This document shows, one piece after another, positions 32,121 to 42,049 of a stretch of 60,927 nt of DNA. Origin of the DNA: Arcobacteraceae bacterium (GTDB lineage Bacteria; Campylobacterota; Campylobacteria; Campylobacterales; Arcobacteraceae); assembly GCA_965224485.1 (NCBI GenBank), contig CBDCZH010000012.1, positions 1 through 60,927 on the forward strand. Reading direction: 5' to 3'. The notes under the pieces are model-generated. The model did no database searches. It worked only from the letters and a program-made list of their open reading frames with translations, and was not told the DNA's origin. Every line of letters starts with the position of its first letter. Positions within the stretch are counted from its first letter, which is position 1. The translations under genes were made by a program, and so were the position numbers.

Positions 32121-32474
32121 ATGAATGTAAAAAGTGAAACTTGTTTTTCTAAGTCTAATGGTAATGCTTTAAGTGTTTATTCTTCTTCTGATGAAGCTTT
32201 AAATTCTGCTACTTATACAAATAATAAATATGGACGTAATTTGATTCCATATCAATGCGATAGATGTAATTTATGGCATCTATCTCCAAAGAGTAGGTAT
32301 ACACAAAGCACAGAATGTACTATTTGTACTGATCGAAATGGTTCTTTAAAACAATTATATATTAGTAAACGAGATGCACAGAAAAGAGCAAATATTTTAT
32401 TTGAAGAAAATGGAATTTTATTAAATGTTTATTCTTGCCCTCATGAAAGTGGATTCCATCTTACTAAATCGTAA
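32121..32474 (+). CDS. Small Cys/His-rich (probably Zn-binding) protein with two internal repeats
   Basis: YQCDRCNLWHLS and YSCPHESGFHLT; paralogue at 35806. Confidence 0.8.
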   Translation: MNVKSETCFSKSNGNALSVYSSSDEALNSATYTNNKYGRNLIPYQCDRCNLWHLSPKSRYTQSTECTICTDRNGSLKQLYISKRDAQKRANILFEENGILLNVYSCPHESGFHLTKS

Positions 32475-32518
32475 ATTAAATAAAAGAGGATTGTTGTCCT
32501 CTTTAAAGGATAAGTTAA

Positions 32519-33766
32519 GTGAACAATACAAAGATAGATTGTATTTTAGTTTCTTTTGATTATAAAAAAGTAAATAGCCCTTGCCCTACATATGCGATTG
32601 CAAGCTTACTTCAATACTCAAAAGAAAGAGAAGTTAATATAATAAACTATTCCTTAGATATGAATAATATTTTTTCTTGTGATGATGTAAAAAATGAGCT
32701 TAAGAAGAACTATTCTTCGGATGTGAAAAATATCACCTCTCTTGCAATTTCTTCTTATGTATGGTCAAAAGATTATGTAAATTATACTATCAAATACTTT
32801 TTAGAGTGTGGGTTTAAAGGTCAAATTATAATTGGTGGTTATGAAATAACATATAATACTCAAGAAAAATTAAAAAAAGAATATCCAAATGTAAATATAT
32901 TTATTTCTAACAATGCAGAAGAATCATTATTTAATACAATTAAAAATAAAAAAGAAAATCATATAATATTCAAAAATGAATTTACAGATATACAAAAATT
33001 ACCATTGGTATATTCTACGTCTGCAATTAACATAAGTAAAGATATGAAAGTGAATTTTGAAACTAAAAGAGGTTGTCCTTATTCTTGTACATTTTGTGCT
33101 CATAGAGATTTAAATGATACTGCAGTACTAGAAAGAAATATAGAAGATATAAAAAAAGAATTAATTTATTTACAAAAAATAAATATAAAAAAAATAAATT
33201 TTTTAGATCCTATTTTTAATGTAGGACAAACTTATTTAGAGATTATGAAATTTATGATTGAAATTGATTTTCAAGTTCTTATTAGTTTTCAAACACGCTT
33301 TGAATTAATTAAAGGAAAAAAAGGAAAAGAGTTTTTAAATTTAGCTTCTAAATTAAATATAATTTTAGAATTTGGCTTGCAAACAATAATAAAAGAAGAA
33401 TATGAAATAATAAAAAGAAAAAATGAAAGAGATAAAGTATCAAGTCTCTTAAATGAACTAAATAAACTTAAAATTATGTATGAAGTAAGTTTAATTTATG
33501 GTTTACCAAAACAAACAGTTACTTCTTTTATTGAAAGTATAAATTTTTTAGAAGAACATAATTGTCAAAAAATAATTGCTTATCCTCTGATGTTACTTGT
33601 AGGCACGAAATTATATTTTGATAAAGAAAAATATAATTTAAAAGAAAAAGAGATTAATAATATCTCATATGTTGTTTCTTCTGATTCTTTTAGTGAAAAA
33701 GAGTATAAAGAAATGAAAAATATTGCTAATAATTATAATAATGATAATAAAAGACTAGTTCTTTAA
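32519..33766 (+). CDS. B12-binding-domain radical SAM enzyme
   Basis: N-terminal ISSYVW..IIIGGYE; ETKRGCPYSCTFC (CxxxCxxC); FGLQT, LIYGLP.QT. Confidence 0.9.
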   Translation: MNNTKIDCILVSFDYKKVNSPCPTYAIASLLQYSKEREVNIINYSLDMNNIFSCDDVKNELKKNYSSDVKNITSLAISSYVWSKDYVNYTIKYFLECGFKGQIIIGGYEITYNTQEKLKKEYPNVNIFISNNAEESLFNTIKNKKENHIIFKNEFTDIQKLPLVYSTSAINISKDMKVNFETKRGCPYSCTFCAHRDLNDTAVLERNIEDIKKELIYLQKINIKKINFLDPIFNVGQTYLEIMKFMIEIDFQVLISFQTRFELIKGKKGKEFLNLASKLNIILEFGLQTIIKEEYEIIKRKNERDKVSSLLNELNKLKIMYEVSLIYGLPKQTVTSFIESINFLEEHNCQKIIAYPLMLLVGTKLYFDKEKYNLKEKEINNISYVVSSDSFSEKEYKEMKNIANNYNNDNKRLVL

Positions 33767-33799
33767 ATAACTGCGACACGATACTAAATTGTTTACTAA

Positions 33800-34450
33800 T
33801 TAAAAGCTCATCTAAATGTGAACCTTTGCGCTTTTTTCTTATAGGATTGTATTTTACGCTTTCTTAATCGTAAGAAAAGAAAAAATACCGTTCGGCTTCC
33901 TCAAAGGCAGGACAAGAGCAAGTTGTTTTAGTATCCAAAAATTCAAATACCTCTTAAAAGAGCATTACTAAATATGTATCAAAACTATATCTGCTTTAGC
34001 AGTCAAAAAATCTTTCCGTTGAAATGCTACATCTGCAAGAGCTAAATATTTTTTATTGATTTGCGTAGCCCAAAAATTTCTGTTTGACCGTTAAGAAAGA
34101 TGCCCTTAGGCATGTTTTCTCACAGAGAGTGCAAGCACAAGAGGAAGTTATATTTTTAAGTAAATCAATAAAAAATATTTAGGTAGCCTTTAGGCCGATG
34201 AAGCGTAGTTGTTTTTATCGAGGAATTTGCTCGTACCTCGTGCATGTTTACTTATTGTCAATACATGCCGGAACAAAGTGACTAAATCCTGAAAGGTCAA
34301 AGTAAGAAAGCGGGAACTGGAAGTTTACAAGAGCAAATACCAGTTATTTCAAAGTACTTTAAAGGATAAACTAATAAATAGATATAACGTTTGACTTTGT
34401 ACTTGACCAACAAGATTAAATACTAAACTATTTAAATATAAAAGGAAATA
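33800..34450. repeat. Palindromic repeat family, copy E (no IS110)
   Basis: Collinear with 9680-10200 plus 11479-11715; about 34215-34297 is the reverse complement of about 9716-9805. Confidence 0.85.
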
Positions 34451-34462
34451 AAAACTAGGCAT

Positions 34463-34490
34463 AAAAAAGGGGACTTTTTAGTCCTTTTTT
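34463..34490 (-). terminator. Rho-independent-like hairpin next to the att-like sequence
   Basis: AAAAAAGGGGACT-tttt-AGTCCTTTTTT. Confidence 0.7.
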
Positions 34491-34502
34491 TGTTTATTTA
34501 TA

Positions 34503-34587
34503 TGGTGGAGATGTTCAGGATTGAGTTTAACTATATATAGGGTTTAGTGAGAATAGATTATATAAATACCCCTAAATAGTACCCCCT
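34503..34587 (-). mobile_element. att-like remnant: degenerate tmRNA/tRNA-type 3' end plus GGGGTA direct repeats
   Basis: Minus strand TCAATCCTGAACATCTCCACCA (34524-34503); TACCCCT at 34567 and TACCCCCT at 34580. Confidence 0.55.
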
Positions 34588-34588
34588 A

Positions 34589-34741
34589 TTAGTTATATGC
34601 GTGTAGTTTCTTTAAAGCATTTTTCTCAAATGTTTTAACATCTCCAATTATTTTTTCTGCTTTTTTTATAGTATTATGTTGCTTTTCATTAATAGCTTTT
34701 ATTGCACCATTTAAAAACTTATCTTTACTTTTTTCATTCAT
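34589..34741 (-). CDS. 50-aa hypothetical protein, not in the ORF track
   Basis: AAGGAAG ribosome-binding site; MNEKSKDKFLNGAIKAINEKQHNTIKKAEKIIGDVKTFEKNALKKLHAYN*. Confidence 0.5.
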   Translation of the reverse strand: MNEKSKDKFLNGAIKAINEKQHNTIKKAEKIIGDVKTFEKNALKKLHAYN

Positions 34742-34781
34742 TGTCACTTCCTTTATATACAAAAACTAACTATTAAAAATC

Positions 34782-35087
34782 TTATTTATCAAGAGTGCAA
34801 TTAGGATTAATCTTAAGTGTTTTACTATGAGACACTTCTTTATCCTCTTTTGACATATTCTTTAAAATGTTTTCTATATCTTTTTGCTCTAGCATATTAT
34901 AAGCTCTTTGTAATAACTCATACTCTTCAATACTTACTATTACAGCTTCTGGTTTATTTCTTCTAATTATTGCTATTTTGCTAAAGACCTTTGCTGTAAC
35001 TTTATCTAAATAGTTTCCTAGTGATTTACCAAGTTCTGTTATTCCTATCATCTCATCTTTTGTATAAGAAATCATATTTTTCTCCAT
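34782..35087 (-). CDS. Phd/YefM-family antitoxin
   Basis: IGITEL..LGNYLDKV..IAIIRRNKPEAVIVSIEEYE. Confidence 0.85.
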   Translation of the reverse strand: MEKNMISYTKDEMIGITELGKSLGNYLDKVTAKVFSKIAIIRRNKPEAVIVSIEEYELLQRAYNMLEQKDIENILKNMSKEDKEVSHSKTLKINPNCTLDK

Positions 35088-35214
35088 ATTTAAATATATA
35101 TTATTATATGTATTATAACAAAAAATATCGTTTTTTGTAAGTTTTAATTATTTATATGTATAAACTAAGAATTAAGAATTGGAATTCCGTGGACACGATA
35201 ATAAAATTGGAATG

Positions 35215-35725
35215 GTAAGCTAAATTCTGATTGCAGACAAAAGAAAAAATACCGTTTGGCTTCATCAAAGGCAGTGGTAGAGCAAGAGAAAGTACATAAA
35301 ATCACTATCCTTCATTGGATAAATATGTGATTTAACTATAGCTACGAAGTAGTCAAACGATCATTCCGTTGATTGCTACATTTGCAGGGGAACAGGGAAA
35401 ACTTATGCTCTTTAGCACAAGGCAAACCTCGTGAGTAATTTTTTTATTTTATTACGTAACCCAGCCATAACTGTTTGCACGTTAAGAAATATGCTGGGAG
35501 CATATTTTAGTAAGTTTTAGGGCTAAGCAAGAAAATAAAAAAACTTTAGGTAGTCGAAGACCTCCGAAACGTAGTTGTTTTTGTTTACTTTTAGTCAATA
35601 CAAAAGTAAAAAAGCGGGAACTGGAAGTTTACAAGAGCAAATACCAGTTAATTAAAACTATTTTAAAATATAAACTAATAATAATAAAACTCCTACAACT
35701 GTAAACCTTCGTACTTTTTCCCTGT
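35215..35725. repeat. Palindromic repeat family, copy F
   Basis: Shares the CTAAATTCTG.TTGCAGAC..CAAAGGCAG and GCGGGAACTGGAAGTTTACAAGAGCAAATACCAGTTA blocks. Confidence 0.85.
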
Positions 35726-35805
35726 GCTACAAAACACAAGAGTCTATTGTTTTAATATCCATTAAAAATAGATATAATTGACAAACAAAACAAGAAGGAG
35801 AAAAG

Positions 35806-36159
35806 ATGAATGCAAAAAGTGAAACTTGTTTTAGCTCACATGATAAAAAACCCTTAAGTTTTTTTACTTCAAAAGATGAAGCTTTGAAATCAGCAAAATA
35901 TGCAAACAAACGTTATGGACGTAGTTTATTACCATATCAATGTGAAAAATGTAATTTGTGGCATTTATCTCCTAAAAGTAGACATACTCAAAGTGAGGAG
36001 TGTAGTTACTGTACTGATAGAGATGGACGTTTAAAACTCTTATATATTTCTAAATATAAAGCACAAAAAAGAGCAGATATTTTATTTAAAAGCAATGGTA
36101 TCTTATTAAATGTTTATTCTTGCCCTCATCAAAATGGCTTTCATCTTACAAAAGCATAA
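35806..36159 (+). CDS. Second copy of the 117-aa Cys/His-rich protein
   Basis: Ungapped alignment to 32121-32474, 82/117 identical by manual count. Confidence 0.85.
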   Translation: MNAKSETCFSSHDKKPLSFFTSKDEALKSAKYANKRYGRSLLPYQCEKCNLWHLSPKSRHTQSEECSYCTDRDGRLKLLYISKYKAQKRADILFKSNGILLNVYSCPHQNGFHLTKA

Positions 36160-36952
36160 ATATTTAAGCTGATGAATCGTAGCCAATTTTTTATTTTTGG
36201 TAAAAGAAGATGCCTGCGCGTAGCGATACAATCCTGTAAGGAAGTAAACCTAAATATTAAAAGTTTAGAGTATACAATATTGAATTATTAAAAATATATC
36301 AAAATGATATATATAATGATAAAAATAAATTTTAATGTTATTATATTTAGAATTGAATTTTATTTGTTTCTAATAAAATAGCTTAGTTCTTTATCATAGA
36401 GTAAATATAAAAAAACCCAGGCTTAAACTTAAAGGTTTAAGACTTACTGGGCGTCATACGAAAATTATATTAAAATATTAAAGGAAAGTCAATTGGGAAC
36501 TAGAATATCAAAATATTAAATATGACATATTTATATTATTAATATATTTTGATAAAGAAGTTCATGAACTTGCTACAGAACTAACTATTGAAAATAAAAA
36601 ATAGAATTGATCTTTTAATAGTTTCAACTTGATAAATATTAATTCTAATAAGAATGATAAAAAAATCTTGTGAAATTAGAGTAATTAGCATTTTACACCA
36701 TTTTTTTTGAGTTGAGTATAAATGTAATCGTTTCATATTATGAGCCGTTTATATATGCTATTCGTATCATTTAGTTTTCCTATTATATGAAGTATACTTC
36801 TTATTAGGACTCTTTTTAAGTTCAGTTTTCCTCTTGAATCCTTACTTCTATAAGAAAGCTAATAAAACTTTTTATGACAAGATTAAAATGATTATGGTAT
36901 TTATAATAATAAAAACAATTAAGTTTACTTGTACTAACTTTAAGGAAGATAT

Positions 36953-38659
36953 ATGAAAGAAATGAAACAAAGCTCATCAAAAATAGAAACACTAAACAAT
37001 CTATCTGCTTTAGTAGATTACTCACTAATAAATACTTTAAATGCAAATCCAGATTCTAAAGAAGATGGTATTGATTACGAAGCAAGAGAAGTTTTTTCAG
37101 GGCACTATGTTCCTGTAAAAACAACGCCAATTAAAGATCCTATATATATAAGTCATAGCAAAAATTTATTTAAAGAATTAGGTTTTTCTGATAGTTTAGC
37201 TAATGAAGCTGATTTTATTAGTATGTTCTCAGGTGATATGTCTAATGTTCCAGAACCTATTAGAAAACTAGGTTGGGCAACTGGTTATGCTCTTTCTATT
37301 TATGGAACAGAATATTATGCCCAATGTCCATTCCAAACTGGAAATGCCTATGGTGATGGAAGAGCTATTTCAGTTCTTGAAGCAGTAATTAAAGGTAAAC
37401 GTTGGGAAATGCAGCTAAAAGGTGCTGGAAAAACGCCATATTGCCGTGGTGCAGATGGTAGAGCAGTTTTAAGATCTAGTGTAAGGGAGTTTTTAGCTCA
37501 AGAGCATATGCATGCTTTAGGAATTCCTACTTCACGTTCTTTATCTTTGTATACTTCAAAAACTCAAATGGTTCAACGTCCATGGTATAGCGATGGTTCG
37601 TACTCAAAAGATCCAGATAGAATGATTAACGAAGCAGTTGCTATATCTACTCGTGTTGCACCTTCTTTTCTTCGTGTTGGTCAAATAGAACTTTTTGCTA
37701 GACGTGCTAACAAAAATGAACATGCAAATGCAATGAAAGAGTTAGAGATGATTGTTTTGCATTTGATGGATCGTGAATACAGTGAGGTAATTCCTAAGAG
37801 TTTAAGTACATCTGAAAAAATAGTACTTTTAGCAAAAGAGTTCCAAACTAGACTTAGTTCACTTGTGGTAAATTGGATTCGTGTTGGATATACTCAAGGA
37901 AACTTCAATAGTGATAACTGTGCTGCTGGGGGTTTTACTTTAGATTATGGACCTTTTGGGTTTTGTGATGTATTTGACCCTTATTATCAGCCTTGGACAG
38001 GTGGAGGGCATCACTTCTCTTTTTTTAATCAAAGAAAAGCGGCCGAAAAAAACTTTAATGTTTTTTGTGAAGCTTTAAAACCTTTATTAAATGACAAGCC
38101 TGAATATTTACTAAAACTTGAAGAAATTAAAAATGATTTTTCTACTATTATAGAAGATAAAATGCAAAAGATGTGGGCTAGTAAACTAGGACTTAGTGCT
38201 TTTAATGCTTCTTTATACGAAGATCTTGAAATTCTTATGGTAAAAACTTCTGTTGATTATACTATTTTCTTTCGTGAGCTTTCGAAGTTACCAAGTGAAT
38301 TTGAAGCCTTGGAAAAAAGTTTTTATAAAGAGGTAAAAAATGATGAAGAAATCAAAAAGTCTTGGTTAGAGTGGTTTGAAAAATGGCAAGCTCTAATTTG
38401 TTCTTCTAAGGAAGAGCGAGAAGAACTATCAAAACAAATGAAACTTGTTAACCCAAAATACACTTTAAGAGAGTGGTTTTTAGTACCTGCATACAAGCAA
38501 GCTAGTGAAGGAGAGTATTCTTACCTAAGAGAACTTCAAGAAGTAATGACTAATCCATATGGCTCTCAGTCAAAAGAAGTACAAAATAAATATTATAAGC
38601 TAAAACCCTCAGAATTTTTTGGTTTAGCAGGAGTATCTCATGTTACTTGCTCTTCGTAA
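36953..38659 (+). CDS. selO: SelO/YdiU-family protein adenylyltransferase
   Basis: [49 protein letters not shown]-terminal CSS. Confidence 0.92.
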   Translation: MKEMKQSSSKIETLNNLSALVDYSLINTLNANPDSKEDGIDYEAREVFSGHYVPVKTTPIKDPIYISHSKNLFKELGFSDSLANEADFISMFSGDMSNVPEPIRKLGWATGYALSIYGTEYYAQCPFQTGNAYGDGRAISVLEAVIKGKRWEMQLKGAGKTPYCRGADGRAVLRSSVREFLAQEHMHALGIPTSRSLSLYTSKTQMVQRPWYSDGSYSKDPDRMINEAVAISTRVAPSFLRVGQIELFARRANKNEHANAMKELEMIVLHLMDREYSEVIPKSLSTSEKIVLLAKEFQTRLSSLVVNWIRVGYTQGNFNSDNCAAGGFTLDYGPFGFCDVFDPYYQPWTGGGHHFSFFNQRKAAEKNFNVFCEALKPLLNDKPEYLLKLEEIKNDFSTIIEDKMQKMWASKLGLSAFNASLYEDLEILMVKTSVDYTIFFRELSKLPSEFEALEKSFYKEVKNDEEIKKSWLEWFEKWQALICSSKEEREELSKQMKLVNPKYTLREWFLVPAYKQASEGEYSYLRELQEVMTNPYGSQSKEVQNKYYKLKPSEFFGLAGVSHVTCSS

Positions 38660-38754
38660 AGATAGATAATTATAACGTGACAGTTTTATAGATATATTGT
38701 TTATATACGCTATAATCCAAAATAAACTTATTGATATAAGAATCTAGGCAAACA

Positions 38755-40461
38755 ATGCAAGAAATAGCTCTTAAAATACTAAAATCTGGTCAAAATGTTT
38801 TTTTAACAGGATCAGCAGGTACAGGAAAAACTCATATTTTAAATGAGTTTGTTTTGTATCTTAAATCTAGGAAAATTATTCCTACAATTGTTGCCCCTAC
38901 TGGAATTGCGGCTTCACATTTAAATGGTCAAACTATTCACTCTTATTTTAGCTTAGGAATTAGAGATGATATTGATGATGCTTTTATTTCCCACTTATTA
39001 GAAAAAAAATATCTTCAGAGCAGATTTAAGAAACTAAAAATACTAATCATAGATGAAATTTCTATGGTAAGTCCTAATATTTTTAACTGCATTGATAAAA
39101 TATTGAGAGCTTTTAAACAAAGTGATGAACCTTTTGCTGGTATTCAAGTAGTACTTTCAGGTGATTTTTTTCAGTTACCTCCAATATCAAGAAATAGTGA
39201 TGGTAAAAGATTTGCTTGGCAAAGTCCTTCTTGGAAAGAACTTGATTTACAAACTTGTTATTTGCAAAAGAAATTTAGACAAGATGATAATAAACTTATT
39301 TTAGTTTTAGATGAAATAAGAAGTGGAACAGTATCCCAAAAAGCACATGATATTTTAAACTCAAGACTGCAAAAAGATTTAGATATTGATTTTACACCTA
39401 CGAAACTTTATACTCATAATATGGATGTTAATAGAATTAATAGTGATGAGTTAAAAAATATAAATAATGAAGCACATGTTTTTAATTATGAATCCCAAGG
39501 TGCTAAAACAAATATAGAAAAACTATTTAAATCTGCTTTAGTTCAAGAAGAATTAGTCTTAAAAAAAGATGCTGTTGTAATGTTTATTAAAAACAATCCT
39601 GAAAAATATTATATAAATGGAACAACAGGAGTAGTAATTGATTTCTCAAAAGATGATGCTAAACTTCCAATTGTAAAACTATCAAGTGGTTATGTAATAA
39701 AAGTACAATATGAAGATTGGAGTATTGAAAATGATAAAGGAAAAGTTCAGGCTAAAATATCTCAAATACCTCTAAAACTTGCTTGGGCTATTACTATTCA
39801 CAAATCACAAGGTATGACCCTTGATGCAGCCCAAATTGATCTATCTAAGACCTTTGAAGTAGGGCAGGGTTATGTTGCCCTATCAAGAATTAAAAATATT
39901 GAAGGCTTAAAATTAATGGGCTTTAATGATAATGCTTTAAGTGTTGACCCGTTAATTTTAAGTATTGACCCTAGAATCAAACAAGCTTCAAAAAAAGCAA
40001 GTGATAAAATACTAGCTTACGATGAAAATACTCTTAAAACAATGAATCTATCGTATATAAAAAGACTTGGTGGTCTTGTAGATGAAAAAGAGATAGAAAA
40101 AGAAAAAGTAGTCTTAGCTTCTAAACCTAAAATAGAAGAAAAAATGGCAAACCATATAAAAACAAAAAACTTAATTGAAAAATCATCAAATATAGAAGAT
40201 TTAGCAAAAAATGCTAGTTTTTCTGTATCAACTATTATAAATCATTTAAGTTTAATAAAAAAAGATGATGATACTTTTGATATATCAAAATATATGCCAG
40301 ATTTACCTAGTCTTAACCTCATAAATGAAGCTATTTCTAGTATCAACGAAAGAAAAAGCACAGATGATTTTTCAGAAGATGGAACGATTAGATTAAAAGC
40401 TATATTTACTAAACTAGATGGAAAAATATCTTATGATGATATAAAAATGACTCTTATTTAA
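38755..40461 (+). CDS. Pif1-like SF1B helicase with C-terminal HTH
   Basis: TGSAGTGKT, IDEISM, GDFFQLPP, LAWAITIHKSQGMT, GQGYVALSR. Confidence 0.9.
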   Translation: MQEIALKILKSGQNVFLTGSAGTGKTHILNEFVLYLKSRKIIPTIVAPTGIAASHLNGQTIHSYFSLGIRDDIDDAFISHLLEKKYLQSRFKKLKILIIDEISMVSPNIFNCIDKILRAFKQSDEPFAGIQVVLSGDFFQLPPISRNSDGKRFAWQSPSWKELDLQTCYLQKKFRQDDNKLILVLDEIRSGTVSQKAHDILNSRLQKDLDIDFTPTKLYTHNMDVNRINSDELKNINNEAHVFNYESQGAKTNIEKLFKSALVQEELVLKKDAVVMFIKNNPEKYYINGTTGVVIDFSKDDAKLPIVKLSSGYVIKVQYEDWSIENDKGKVQAKISQIPLKLAWAITIHKSQGMTLDAAQIDLSKTFEVGQGYVALSRIKNIEGLKLMGFNDNALSVDPLILSIDPRIKQASKKASDKILAYDENTLKTMNLSYIKRLGGLVDEKEIEKEKVVLASKPKIEEKMANHIKTKNLIEKSSNIEDLAKNASFSVSTIINHLSLIKKDDDTFDISKYMPDLPSLNLINEAISSINERKSTDDFSEDGTIRLKAIFTKLDGKISYDDIKMTLI

Positions 40462-40746
40462 ATTAGTACAATTTTGAGTCATCTTTAACTTTACCTCACA
40501 ATAATAAGCTCTTAGCTCTAAATATTTTTAGAGTTTTGAGTAAAAAAAAATAAATTAATTTACCAAAGAACTAATAATATAAATTGTTATATAATATTTC
40601 ATATAAAGTTTATTACTAATTATATTAATAAACTATATATTTTACATTTACATACTTTTATAAGGATTATCATTTAAATATCATATGAAAACATTATTAT
40701 GTGTGATAAAAATGATTATAGAAATTACAAGTTTAAAAGGAAAACT

Positions 40747-41895
40747 ATGACACAGGATTTTAATCCAAATTACCCTTCGATTGAGTCTCTTAGAAAAAAA
40801 TGCAAATCAAGAATACCAGGTTTTGCTTTTGATTATGTAGATGGTGGTTGTAATGAAGAAATTAACTTGTACAAAAATACAAAAGAAATTAGAGATATTG
40901 AATTAAAACCATATTATTTACGAAAGTATGATGATATTTCTATGAAAACAGAGTTATTTGGAGAAACATATGATGCTCCTTTTGGAGTAGCTCCTATTGG
41001 TTTACAAGGTTTAACGTGGCCAGGTGCTGCTGAAATTTTAGCAAAAGCAGCCCTTGATCATAATATTCCATATATCTTATCAACAGTATCAACAGCTTCA
41101 ATTGAATCAATAGCTAAAATTACTCAAGGTAAAGCATGGTTTCAATTATATCATCCTGCTGAAGATTCAATAAGAGATGATTTAATAAAAAGATGTGAAG
41201 CTGCTGGTCTTAAAACTCTAGTAATATTAGCAGATACTCCATCTTTTGGATATAGAAATAAAGAGATTATAAATGGTCTTGCTATTCCTCCTAGAATGAC
41301 TTTAAATAATATCAAACAAATTATGTCTTGTCCACAATGGGCTTTAAACACTTTATTTAAAGGACAACCAGAGTTTAAAACATTGCAAAAATACATGGAA
41401 AAAGGCATGAGTTTAAGACATTTAGCTCTTTTTATGAATAAAACATTTAATGGAAGACTAAATGAAGATAAGATTAAAGCTATTAGAGATAAGTGGAAAG
41501 GTAACTTAGTTATAAAAGGTCTAGCCTCACTAGAAGATACAAAAAAAGCTATTGATTTAGGAATAGATGGACTTATTGTTTCCAATCATGGTGGACGGCA
41601 GTTTGATGCAGGTGAATCATCAGTTAAAGCAACTATAGAGATAGTTAAAGAGTATAAAGACCAAATCAAAATTATGATGGATTCAGGTATTCGTTCTGGT
41701 CCAGATATTGCAAGAGTTATGGCAGCTGGAGCTGAGTTTTGTTTCTTAGGTCGTCCTTTTATGTATGGAGTTGGAGCTTTAGGTTCTAAAGGTGGAGATC
41801 ATGTTATTACTATTTTGAAAAAACAACTTCAACAAGTAATGGATCAAGCTTGTTGTGAAACACCACTTGATTTTCCAAAACATTTAGTAAAATAA
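40747..41895 (+). CDS. FMN-dependent alpha-hydroxy-acid oxidase (L-lactate dehydrogenase-like); start 40747 or 40699
   Basis: WFQLY, VIKG, VSNHGGRQ, DSGIRSG, GRPFMYG. Confidence 0.9.
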   Translation: MTQDFNPNYPSIESLRKKCKSRIPGFAFDYVDGGCNEEINLYKNTKEIRDIELKPYYLRKYDDISMKTELFGETYDAPFGVAPIGLQGLTWPGAAEILAKAALDHNIPYILSTVSTASIESIAKITQGKAWFQLYHPAEDSIRDDLIKRCEAAGLKTLVILADTPSFGYRNKEIINGLAIPPRMTLNNIKQIMSCPQWALNTLFKGQPEFKTLQKYMEKGMSLRHLALFMNKTFNGRLNEDKIKAIRDKWKGNLVIKGLASLEDTKKAIDLGIDGLIVSNHGGRQFDAGESSVKATIEIVKEYKDQIKIMMDSGIRSGPDIARVMAAGAEFCFLGRPFMYGVGALGSKGGDHVITILKKQLQQVMDQACCETPLDFPKHLVK

Positions 41896-41898
41896 ATA

Positions 41899-41927
41899 TT
41901 TTAGAGCTTCTTTTTGAAGTTCTAAAA
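41899..41927 (+). terminator. Probable terminator
   Basis: TTTTAGAGCTTC..GAAGTTCTAAAA. Confidence 0.55.
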
Positions 41928-42049
41928 ATTTTTAAACCTTCTTTCTTGCTTCTCTTTAGGCCTAAAAGAGAACAAAGTAAAATAAGTAAATTACTCTAGT
42001 ATAGAGCACAAAAATTTAGCTATACTTCTTTAAAAATGAAAAGATTAAA

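Noticed and set aside
34503..34524. Intact tRNA or tmRNA gene
   Set aside because: Only a degenerate 3' end; no cloverleaf or matching 5' acceptor strand found
9600..36245. CRISPR array
   Set aside because: Repeats are long, dispersed and modular, with no regular repeat-spacer period and no cas genes
36416..36451. Hairpin CCCAG-GCTTAAAC..GTTTAAG..CTGGG as a small RNA
   Set aside because: Single imperfect hairpin with no family motif or second copy
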